In this document: positions 12,401 to 23,628 of the stretch, one piece after another
How positions within the stretch are numbered: position 1 is the first letter of the stretch
Layout of the letters: each line of letters starts with the position of its first letter
Assembly (NCBI GenBank): GCA_964247055.1
Contig: OZ176050.1
Coordinates: 15,066,001-15,130,000 of the forward strand
Direction: 5' to 3'
Source of the DNA: Paragordius varius
Taxonomy: Eukaryota > Animalia > Nematomorpha
Length of the DNA: 64,000 bases
Program-made: the position numbers and the translations under genes
Notes under the pieces: generated by a model
Database searches by the model: none
Seen by the model: the letters and a program-made list of their open reading frames with translations, nothing else
Told to the model about the DNA's origin: nothing

Positions 12401-15400
12401 TAGGGTTGTGTTATGCAAACTATATTTGTCTTTATTACGTTTATTCTGTTTAATTTCGATTTGCTAATACCTGGTAAAACTTGTGTTGTCCCATTAAGGA
12501 GAAAATCAGTTAACATATCGAGTCCCTTGATAGTTTTGATGTTTATATCGGCATTTATGATCACCTCTTGAGTAAAAGTGATATCACCATAAATGTAATC
12601 CGTAATCTCGTTAGAATCCAAATATATAACCTTTAATGGCGCATATAAAAATAATTTTAATTAAAAAGAGAATAAAAATGTAAATTTTAGTGAGTCGCCT
12701 ATCATTATAAAACTTAAACATCAAAAGTTTGATTGATAAAAACACACTATTTTACTAATTTTTTCATTTACATGCCCTTTGCTTTTAAAAACCATAAACC
12801 ATATCAAAATCTAAGGTTGATAATCTTTGTCTTGATGCCAAAAAGGTTAATCATAAATTCACTCATTGTAAAAAAAAATAGTTGACTCCTACCCAATCAA
12901 GGTATTCATTGGGTTGAATCTTATTTAGCCGGGCTTTCACATTAAAATTGAGATTTTTTATGGTAACGGCATCGACAAATGTAATTGGTGATTTAATTGT
13001 TTGTGGTTCTGACATTTTATTTGCATTCTGACCATTTAACTGGACAAAATCATTCTTTAAATCGTACCCATTGATACGATTAGTATATAAACGATCATTT
13101 ATTTGAACTTTAGATGCTACATTGAGGTATTGGATAGGTATTACCTGGTCCGTGCCCAAGGTCCAAGCCTTAAAGAGTATAAAAGTATTTAATAAGCAAT
13201 TTAATCATGTTTGCCCTGGAAAAACATTTTAAAATGTGATAAAAGACAAATTTTTAAGGTTTACATTAAATGTTGATATCATACATCATGCACATTCAAT
13301 ATTTCTTCACAATTTTCCAAAAGATAACGGCAAAATTTACTATAAAATTTATTGGATAATTTCTGTGTAAAGAGAGATGTCAATAATTTAATTTTAAAGT
13401 TTATACATTTATATTTTGAATATGATCTAAATCATTTTTATACGGAAAAAATAGGATTTTATATGGATAAATTTAATTGAAATAATTTTTATATCGTAGT
13501 TGAGGTCTTTATAAATGTAACTTTACTTCACATACTTTACGGCTTATCCTTATTTAAAACTTCAATATCATTTTATAAAATAGATATAAATACATCTGTT
13601 AGCCTAGATAATGCTTTTCCATTTATCAGGACCTCAGAACCTAACGTAATATTCCCTTCAACTCTGACATCTCGAACAGAAAACAAAACTTCGCGAGAAA
13701 ATCTCATTGGATTTTTGGATCTAAAATATTTGCCAATCACGCCTTCAGATAAATTAACCCCATTAATGGTTACACCAGGGCTTACTTCAATAACGTTACG
13801 AATGTCTTGTGGCGATTGAGTTGTCACCATAAATTCGACATCATTCAGAAAACGCCAATTTCCTATATATAGGTTTTCAAAAAAATTTAACAATAAAGAG
13901 TGAAATTATACGGGCAAAACGTAAAAATTAAAAGACAATTTTTTTTTCAAAGAAATATAAGAGATTCTATTTGGATCTTAATGCATGCTAATTCACTATT
14001 TTACATTGCGTTAATTCAATAGAAATTAAAAGTCATATACCAGTTATGTGTTGGAGACTATCTTTGGTTAGTATATCATTACCAAAAGCTTGACCATTAA
14101 TCAAATCAATATGGATTTCATTTTCAATGATTACGTTATTTTTGAAGACGAAAGCATAGTTAACGAAAATTGAGGGATTACTCCTAGGTACCATAATATC
14201 TTGGGATAAATCGATCCCATTCAAAGTCTTACGGAATTGAGCATCTCCGACTATTAAAACATTGGATGCAATAACTTTTTCACCTATTAGAGCATATGTA
14301 TATGAAACTTAATTCTGAAAAATCATAAATTTAAATTTTTGAAAAAAAAATCAATAAATACCAGTTATAAGCACATAATCACTATCAGTTAAGACTAAAT
14401 CACCCAATAAATCGGGAGTATTTAAGCCATTGATAGTGTCCGAAAAATTAACCGTTTCCGCGAATGTTAGTTGGGATGTTATGGTTATCCGTGTTTAGTG
14501 TCATAAAATTATTTTCTACCCAAATCTCAGGACTCAACATCTATTATAAAATAAAATTGATTTAATATATAAATTTTTTTTCGTCTAACTTGGATAGAAT
14601 AGTTTAATTCTAATTTTACAGTATGGAAAATACAGACAAAACGTAATAAAAGATAATTATGAAGGCCAAAATTTTAAACTTCAATATTTAATAAAACTAT
14701 ATAATTTTGTTTTAAGAATGTAGAACGCTTGGTTATTTTAAAAAAATTCTGGTTTAAAAAATATGGATGTCTTTTGGAATATGGTATATACCTTATTAAC
14801 ATCATTTAAAACATCAAAGGTCCCAGTTATCCGTAAGTTTCCTTGAATGACTTTTTTAGCCTTAACCGTTATAACGTCGCTGCTTATATCATAATTTTTG
14901 GGTGAAAAATCATCTAACCCATTGAGGGTTCCTTCAAGTGTAACTTGACCTTGGACATGTAAACCCTGTGAAAAGACAACACTATCCAACGTTATTTCAT
15001 TCATGCTTATAGTAGCTGTAATTTGATAATTATATGTAAATTTTAAAAACTAAACTACATCAAAAACGTATTTGGTTGATGAGGCAGCAATACATTTTGT
15101 TTTTTATAAAATTTTAGGAACCAGTTCTAGTTTCATAAGAGGCGTTTTTATGAAGATTCATTGATTTTTTACCCTATGCATTTAATAAATGGTTTAGTAC
15201 AGAGGTGTCCAACACAGGTATTCCGCGGGCTGCTTAAATAATTTTTGCATTTTTTAATTATTTTAAGCTCAATTTGGATATTAATTTTCTGAATAATCGT
15301 AAATATTTGATTGAAATCCAGTTTTTTATTTTTTAAACATTTTTCAGAGCACTTTCACGTACCAAACAAAAACTGGACACCCCTGGTTTAGTATTAGCTT

Positions 15401-16153
15401 TGGTATGATAAATGTAGCAAGAAATTTTATTTTTAATTACAAACCATACCTAGTTCGTAATGACAAAAATATTTTATATGGATCAATTTTAATCATAGTT
15501 TTTCTGTTTTCGTTCGAAAAACATATTTGGGTTGTTATTAAATTACCAATGTTTGGGGTCAAGTTATTAAGTTTTTGACTATATTCCATGTGACTAGCAA
15601 AGACAGTTTTATCCGATGGAATCGACCATGCACCTTTTATAATGATCGGATTTTTATCTTCTTTTCCTTCCAATGGGTAAGTAGTAGATTCTTTCATGTC
15701 ATAAAAGTTTTTTGTTAAACAATCCTTAGCCAAATTATCAATATAAATGTTTCCATTTATATCATTTTCCACGTTTAGTTGGGCAATCAAATTCATCGGT
15801 TACAATCAATTCAGCTGGTTTGTTAAATATGTATTCACCTATGGAGGGAAGAATTAATGAAGTCTTATTACACCAAATATTTTAATATAAATCAGTAAAT
15901 GTATTTTTGGAATTAAAATCCTCTAAATCATAAAAATTATTTAGTAGCTTTTTAAAAACCAAAAATTATTTTTACCTCGTAACTGTTGATCTGGCAAATT
16001 GGTGTACAAAATGTCATCATAAATCTGAGTTAAATTATTACAAGTTTGAGATAATCGTTCAAGTTCGTCAAAATCAATCGTTGGGAATTGCGATTTTTCA
16101 GATTGGATAATTAGATTGTCTACCTTAATGGGTCCATCAACTAATATTTCACC

Positions 16154-16195
<42 letters not shown>

Positions 16196-19100
16196 AATGC
16201 CAAGTTTTCGATTACAGTTAAGTACTGGGTTTAAAATAATTTATCTACCGCTTTTATCAATATACTCATTAATTTCAAAATGCAAAATATTTGTTTAAAT
16301 AAAAAACATATGTGCACAAGTTCTTGACCGGTTTGATTATAGGCGGTTACACTCACGATAATATAATGTAATATACCTTCTACTAAAATATCTTTAGTAA
16401 TGTTTTGAGGATTAGATTTTTGTAGGATGGATCCCACACGTCTTTTCAAGTCATCTGTGTCATATTTACTCTCCTGTACAGACTTATAGAGCGATTTGAA
16501 TTCAAACATCAAACTATCCGATTGACGGGTAGGTTCGGGAACTTCTAAAATATATAAAAAAACAGCACTATAAACTGCACCGCTCCCCTAGCTCTCCTTA
16601 GTTTCCCACTAATTATACTTGTTATACAAAAACTGGTCAAATAATAATATTTTAAAGATAAAACGCAACCCAAAAATCTTTTGGTTAATTCTTTATATAC
16701 CATAATAAATATGATTGTGAAACATATATTTAAAAGATTTATCATTATAAATTTAATTTTTTTTAATAATTTAATTTATCATTCATTTTATGGAAAAAAC
16801 TTTCAGAGTGGCTAAATTGTAATTGAAACACGGGATGGAAGGAGCTTTCTTCATTGGCTGTATCTCTTACAGATGCTGCTACATATACGATATCCCCCAC
16901 CTGAATCATATTGATTTGGCTTAATTCGGGTATTTCATGGCCTATGTATTATAAACGAAATTTATTAATTGAGATTTTTATATTTAAGTTTTGAAACGAA
17001 AAAAATATTACGGTAAAAATTGGAATTATACGGACAAAACGTAAAAATATAAACGCAAATATTTTTATCTAAAAGACAACCATACTTTTTAAATCTTGAT
17101 TTTTACTTATAACTCATAGCTTAGAATGGCAAATTATATATAGGCGTAAAATGGTAACACAATCAATGAATGACATATTTTACGAGCGTTATTGAAAGGT
17201 GTTAATAACATTAATTAGGGTTTAAAAGGTTGGGGTTGTCTGAAAAAAAAAATTTGTCAATATATTTTTACATTTTGTCCGTATAATTGAATTTTCACTG
17301 TAAGTAATACCTTCTTCAGTCATGGTAGATATATCAGCATGTTCAATAAACTGCGAAAATAAATCTAGTTCCTGATCAATAGCCAGGTCTGCCATGTCTT
17401 CCATATATATTTTTAGGGTGGCCTAAAAACACACATTTGTTGAAAAATATTAACTCCGGTAGGATTATATAAAATTTATCCATTATGCATATAAAAAACC
17501 CAAAACATCTCATAACTATAAAAAACTTATTTAATATTCACAAGACCTTCAAGACAATTGGCTCTAAATCTTACAAATTTGACTTATGACCGAAAAATCA
17601 TACTTATTTGGAGTCTATAAATATCTTAAAACGTGTGTTCAGCCATAATTATCGGTATTATGGCCCTTAAAACAGCAATCAAAAAATAATATTTTGACCC
17701 TTTAGTTGATGAATACACCACACTGATATATACCTTTTTACTTTTTCTGTTTTTCCAAACTTACATTAACTTGATCCAATATAATGATACAAATCCGATG
17801 ATCCGGAGTAGTAAAATGAGCAGTTTGAACCGGTTTTCCGCCTTCAATACTTTGGTATTTAACAAATTGTTGACCATACATCCAACCCCAAACGTCAGTG
17901 TTTGTCTTACCTGCCTCATTGTTGCTAACTATGAGATAATGTACATCTTTGTGCACAATGTAGGATACGTCCGTAGGCCTATTCGTTTCCAACACTTGAA
18001 TTAATCGAGCCCGTTTGTTTTCTAAGCCATATATAATGTGTTGATAGATAGTAAAAGCGGAATCAAAAATTATTTTTAGTTTGGATAACTTTTATAAATT
18101 TGGTTAATTTATGCGATATTCTTATCACAATAGAGCGATAGGGCAGTTAAACCCTTTATCAAAAACATATTTCGAAATCTATAATGACATTCATATACTA
18201 AGATGTGAATATATTAAATGGGTGGCAAACTATATTTAAACTGTATATCTTGTCAAAAAAGTTTATAAAAAGTTATTAAGTTAATTTAACGAATGTGCAT
18301 ACCAAAATCCAAAATGTATAATGGCGATCCTACGCTAGAATCGCCATCCTTGTCCTGTTCTTGCAAAACAAACAAATAATAGACGCCATCGATGGTAAAA
18401 ACTTTATTTCGAATGGCATAACTGTATTCCCGTGATATAATTACATCCATATGTGCGTGGTCCCATTTGTAAATTCTGAAAAAAGTGAATGTCTCTTATA
18501 TATGCAATTTGCTTTCGAAAGTTTAAATCTAACCGTATAAAATTGAACAAAAAAATTGTTTATAACAAAAAGAGTATAGAAGGCATTTAATAAATCGATA
18601 TTCACAATTTAAGAGCTTCATTTTTTATTTTTCACCAGTAATAGAATTATAAAATGTGGCATTTAAACCCATAAGAAAACAAGAAAGTAAAAAGGAGATC
18701 ATTACACAAATTCAATCTTGTGTTTTTCACTTTCCATAATTTCCATGTTAGTTATGGCTAAAAAATTTTCGCCATCCTTGGAAAACAGTTCGAGATGAGC
18801 TGCCCCGTGAGTCGGCAAATTTCGAATGATTGATAATTTGGGAGTTTGCGTGCTTGGTGACAATGGTTCAAACAGGCAAAGGTAGGACGCAGATATCGAA
18901 TCCATTACAGTTTCCGCATTATAACGGATTATTGCCAAGTAGATGCGATCATGTAGTGTGTAACCCTATTATTGGAACATTTTAAGGATGGTCAACACAA
19001 ATGGCTTCGCGGGCCCCATTTTTTGTAAAGTAAATTGACCGGGGGTGGCATTCGCAAAAATGTATGGAAAACACATGTTTTATAAAATTTTAGACATAAG

Positions 19101-20356
19101 CAGTAAAAATTACAATTTATATGAACAATATTTGCAAGTTATTGCCAAAAATCTGGAAATACTTATTCAAAAAAATGTGTTACAAAATCAATTTTCCTTA
19201 TATTTTGTCAACTGTTGCATTTGAAATTTTTTGCTGTGTGCTGAAATATTTTGGAGGGCCCCCGGGTTGGACATCCTTACCTTAAAACAAAAGAAGAAAT
19301 TACTTTAATCTGATAAATATGTTCGATATTTTCAGACACAAGTTCTTGATAACTACTCGTAATGTGAGGATGAGCCATTGAATTTGATTCCACTTTAGAA
19401 TCCACATTGGTTTCAGTGTCAAGATTTAGCATTTTAGAAATCCAAACTGTCCGTTTACTCCATGTGAAAAGGAAAATGTCATTGGGAGTTTTAAGATGGC
19501 TCCAACCCACGGCCCCTGGATATTGGGGTCCATCCACAGAAACTATTCTTGTTACATGGAACTCCCCCTCTAAAAATGTGATTTATTTAAGTTATAAAAC
19601 ACACTAGAATATTTTAGTTTTTTGCGGTTCTTTAGTTGAAATCAAGAGTTTAGTTTAATGTGGAATAATATTTTGGGGATGTGTTTTAGTAATTAATGAT
19701 AAAAACATTAAATTATACAGCAGTAAAAAAAAAATTTTTTTAAAAAGATAACTTTTTTTTGAAATTAAAATCGTTGTTTAAAACAGCAAGGTATGGTATA
19801 GAGAAGTAAATTGGTAACACAATTATTTATTAATTTTACAATTGGAATTTAGTATATTGTAAGGAACTAAGGGTTAAAAAAGTATTGTCTACTTAAAAAA
19901 TTGTCTTTATATTTATACTTTTTGTCCGTATAATTTCAATTTTTATTGTATATTTTACAAATAAGTATATATAACTAGAAAATCTAAGATTTTAAAAGTA
20001 GGAGAAAAATAATTTTTTATATTTTTACGTTGTGTCTGCATAATTTCAATTTTCACTTGTAAAAATAATTAACAAATGGCCCACTAAAATATATTGGATT
20101 TTAACGGGTTCTTTAGTCAAAATCATGAGTTTAACTTGAAACTGAAGAGATGTATTTAGTATTAAATGGTCAAAAACCTATTAAACATTTAATATTATGC
20201 ATAAAACAATCGTTAATTATTAAAAAATATTAAAAAACCTGAATAATCTGTCTTTTCTTCTGCATTGCTATGGGCGAAACAGCAAAGTAGTATAAGAAAG
20301 TTGAGACAAAAAGAATAAATCTTTGATTGGCCGAAATAATAAGCCAGTTTTATCAT
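447..20356 (-). CDS. Giant secreted EAR/EPTP-repeat protein with central beta-rich repeat array and C-terminal mucin-like tail (closca-like, tentative); about 32 exons; contains apparent frameshifts
   Basis: Exon 1 (20239-20356) encodes the signal peptide MIKLAYYFGQSKIYSFCLNFLILLCCFAHSNA and splices in phase to 19570. Exons then chain in phase through EAR-like motifs (EFVIYKWD; VHYLIVSN..TDVWGW..FVKYQSI), central repeats of the type TDQTI.G..TF...V.V.G.INGI.L, and a second EAR cluster (SYVYKFDD..WRLLQNIPTQGA; LYLVIANN..SFIYKW). Thr/Ser-rich exons follow at 3731-4560, 3050-3421, 1652-1762 and 447-878. The closca assignment is from recalled architecture only. Confidence 0.8.
4580..4865. mobile_element. 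MITE family A copy (long TIRs starting CAGTAAAAATTGAAATTATACGGACAAAACG, TA-flanked; Tc1/mariner-like)
   Basis: Degenerate TIRs with TA at both ends, inside intron 4561-4893. Confidence 0.75.
5868..6115. mobile_element. MITE family A copy
   Basis: ta-cagtaaaaattgaaattata ... cataatttaatttttactg-ta; intronic. Confidence 0.85.
7184..7450. mobile_element. MITE family A copy
   Basis: ta-cagtaaaaataattatacc ... ccgtataattttattttttactg-ta; occupies most of intron 7166-7464. Confidence 0.85.
8564..10078 (-). mobile_element. Non-autonomous Helitron (complete ends)
   Basis: Read on the minus strand: A^TC 5' end followed by (TA)n-TTTATAAAAATGGAAAG. The 3' end has the perfect hairpin GAAGTCC-gaa-GGACTTC (about 8594-8610), then CTAG^T at 8564-8567. 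No TSD. Internal ~325-bp tandem units. Confidence 0.85.
15200..15385. mobile_element. hAT (Charlie/Buster-like) MITE
   Basis: TIRs CAGAGGTGTCCA / TGGACACCCCTG with perfect 8-bp TSD GTTTAGTA (15192-15199 and 15386-15393). Related copies near 18983-19279, 23085-23385, 43870-44140 and 60158-60556. Confidence 0.85.
16155..16192. repeat. (TA)n microsatellite; others near 10053-10074 and 52246-52271
   Basis: Direct reading. Confidence 0.9.
17011..17300. mobile_element. MITE family A copy
   Basis: ta-cggtaaaaattggaattatacggacaaaacg ... ttttgtccgtataattgaattttcactg-ta; ends 8 nt from the splice donor at 17310. Confidence 0.9.
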
Positions 20357-20997
20357 GGTTTTATTTAATAACTTTGAGTTGAATGAACCTCAGAATATAG
20401 TTTCATTAGAAAATTAATAAAGAATTAAGAAGAAAGAATAAGCAAAAAAGTGTAAATTAAATTGTTTATTTCAACCTATGTTTCACAATAGTTGGCGACA
20501 TAAATTGTTTGTAAATGCTAATATATGGCTTTTAATGTTTGAAAACCATGATTGATACATAGGTAACACTCTATTAGTGTACCAGATATAAATTTGCAGA
20601 AATATTACTGTTAAACATCGCGAATATTTTTTAATTTTATATCATGTACGTTTAAGATGTTGATATGAAATCGTATTTAAATAGCCTAAAACATAGTGTA
20701 CTTTCTAATATTTAAATATACAAGTAAATCCCATATATTCAGGTTCGTTATCATTATTTTGCGAATAATCAAGAGGATTATTAAGCAAAAATGTTTAAAT
20801 TTTATTTAAGTCATTAAAAATTCATATTCCTTCGATATTAAACGATTAAGTAAATAATTAAATTATTTAAATTCCTCAATTTGAGTTAAATATTTTTTTA
20901 ATTTTAATTTAGCCATAAACAGCAATGTGAACCTAAACAAAAATTTAACATACATAATATAATATATAAATTTAAATTAATTTATTAAAAATATATC

Positions 20998-22750
20998 CTA
21001 CGCTATTTGAAAAAAGAACTTAACAAAATCGTGATCCATATATGTGGATTATTTCGAAACAATATTTGATGATTATGATGTCATAGGATTTTCAAAACTG
21101 TGCATAAATACTAATATATTGTTTACTGGTGCAGAGGCCCTTATTAAAGGCTAACGGAAAAAACCGCTATAAAATTTTTTATCTTTTTCTGGGTATTATT
21201 TAAGGCCTTTATTGAACTAATATGGTTTCTTAAGTTTTTTGGGAATCAGCTCCAAAACCACACCCTATTTGTATGGCGTCTCAGTTACCGGTAGACCCCT
21301 ACCCATAAATCTATATGGAAAAAGCGCTAAGTTAAATTTATTGCCTTTATAGGGAACATATTTACAGTCATTTTTGAGACAATCGTTTCATGGGTTATTC
21401 GATAAAATACAAAAACACTAATTTATCGTTATATTATGGCGTATTTTTAGGGCATAAAGGCCCTTAATTAACCGCTAATAAAAAAACGCCTGACCTTTAA
21501 CCTAGCAGGTAATATTTCGAGCTTTTAATGCGCTCATATGACTTTATAAATTTTCTGTAAATTAGCTCCAAAACAAAGTAATTTCTATATAGAGGAATTT
21601 TTGGCAGGTAGCTCCTTACCCAGGGGCAGGTATAAAAAAGGTGTTGGAATTATGCCTTTATATGCGGAATTTCTGGAATTATCATGGATTCCACATGTTT
21701 CTAAAGGGCTTGGAAATATGCTTCAAAACTAAAAAATTGTTTTATGTCGGCGCATTTTTCAGAACGTAAAGGGCTTACCTAACGGTTAATTTAAAAAACC
21801 GCTGGATTTAAATTTTTGTGTTTTTACGGGTAATATTTTAGGCCTTTATTAAACTGATATGGATGAGAAGTTTTCTGAAATTATTTCTAAAAACGCAATT
21901 TGGATATGGTGGCTCAGTTTTAGACGGGTGGCTACCTACCCAGAGGCTGATAAAAAACGCTTGATTAAAATTAATGCCTTTTTTACGAAGAAGACCTGGA
22001 ATAATGATTAATTCCATATACTTTCATTAGTTTTTGGAAAAATTGCCTTAAAACTAAAAAATCATTCTTTAGTGGCGCATTTTTCAGGCGTGAAAGGCAT
22101 AATTAAGGGCTAGTTTTGAAAAACCGTTACCTAAATTTTTGCGTCGTTACGGGTAATATTTTAAGCACCTATTGAATATATGGGCTGATAAATTTTGTGA
22201 AATTTAGCCCCATTGGCAGGCTATTTTGATATGGGCTTTAGCGGGTGTTACCTTACCCAGCAGCCAATATAAAAAAAACGCACGACTAAAATTTTTGCCT
22301 TTTAACAGGGAACATCTGGAATCCTCATTTACGGTCTCATACCATGGGCAAAAAATACATTCAAAAAATTTTTTGTGGACTTTTTTTTGAAAAAAATGGC
22401 ATTTTAGCGGGGAGTGGGTAAAAAGAGGGCTTAGATCAAAAAAGCGAACCGACTATGTTCGGCGCAATCGACAAAATGTAAAATAAAATTATATTTGAAA
22501 ACAAATGGTCGAAAACGTTTCCCGAAAAATTGTCTCAAAGAGACGATTTTTGTGGACTTGAGTTTACGAAAAAACCGTTTTTTACACGAGGTGGGCCCGA
22601 ACTGTGGGTTTAATTCAGAAAAAGGGCGAAGCTATTGTCGGGGCATTCATTAATGATTATATTTTTTCGACATTTGGATTTGAATGGGTCTACCGGTTTT
22701 CCGGAAACAGATCACAAAGCCACCACTTTCCATTTTTATAAATATATGGA
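20998..22750 (-). mobile_element. Non-autonomous Helitron, second copy (3' hairpin and CTAG deleted)
   Basis: Collinear with 8564-10078 (gatccatatatgtggattatttc ... ccaccactttccatttttataaata); carries one more internal tandem unit. Confidence 0.85.
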
Positions 22751-23628
22751 TATCAACATTATATTTTTTTATAGTAGTGAATTATAAAGACACAGAAATG
22801 ACGATTAAACAATATTATTCTAAAATAAGTTGAAGATGTGCATTTTTCAAAAAATATTTTTTGATGTCTGAATCAGGGGTAAAAAATTGATGATTATATA
22901 TTCTGATAGATACATTAATGAGACTTTTGATTTAGGGACAAACTAGTGGTATATAAAAGTTATTGCACTTTTGTGGTATTTGCTAGATATCAGAGAATGA
23001 ATGTGGCCTCGTTTTGCTAAATAAATTTTTTTGGTAAAAATGAAATGCTTCATACCATAAATATTACTAAAATATTATATAAACCAGGAGTGTTCAACAC
23101 GCGTCCGACGAAAATTTTGGAAGATTTCCAAATGACGAAAAACATAATACGCAAATCTAATTGCTAGTTATTATATAATTTTATATTAAAATTGTTACTT
23201 TAACGATTTCTGAATATTTCCAAATTTGGGGAACGAAATAAAAATTGGAAAAAAATAGTACTCATATTAAGTTGGTAATTTTGCAATTTTATATGTTTCT
23301 AATAAATTAATCGGTTTATTTTTCGAACTTCGACCGACGCTATTTTTTGGTCAGGACGGCCTGCGGACTTGTTTTGGGCATCTCTGGTTTATATGTTTAA
23401 AATTCATTCATAAATTATAGCGTTGATAATTATAAAACTCTCCATATAAAAATAGTTATTTATTAGACAATAATATAAAAAATGACTATGAAGTTTGGAA
23501 TTTAATTTCTGTAATTTCTAATAAATGCATAATTATATATTTTTGAAAAAATCCAATATATTATTTTATCGTAAATTTAGTTATTTAAATAATGTTATGA
23601 CTTAAAGATATTTCCAAAGTTTCGCATC

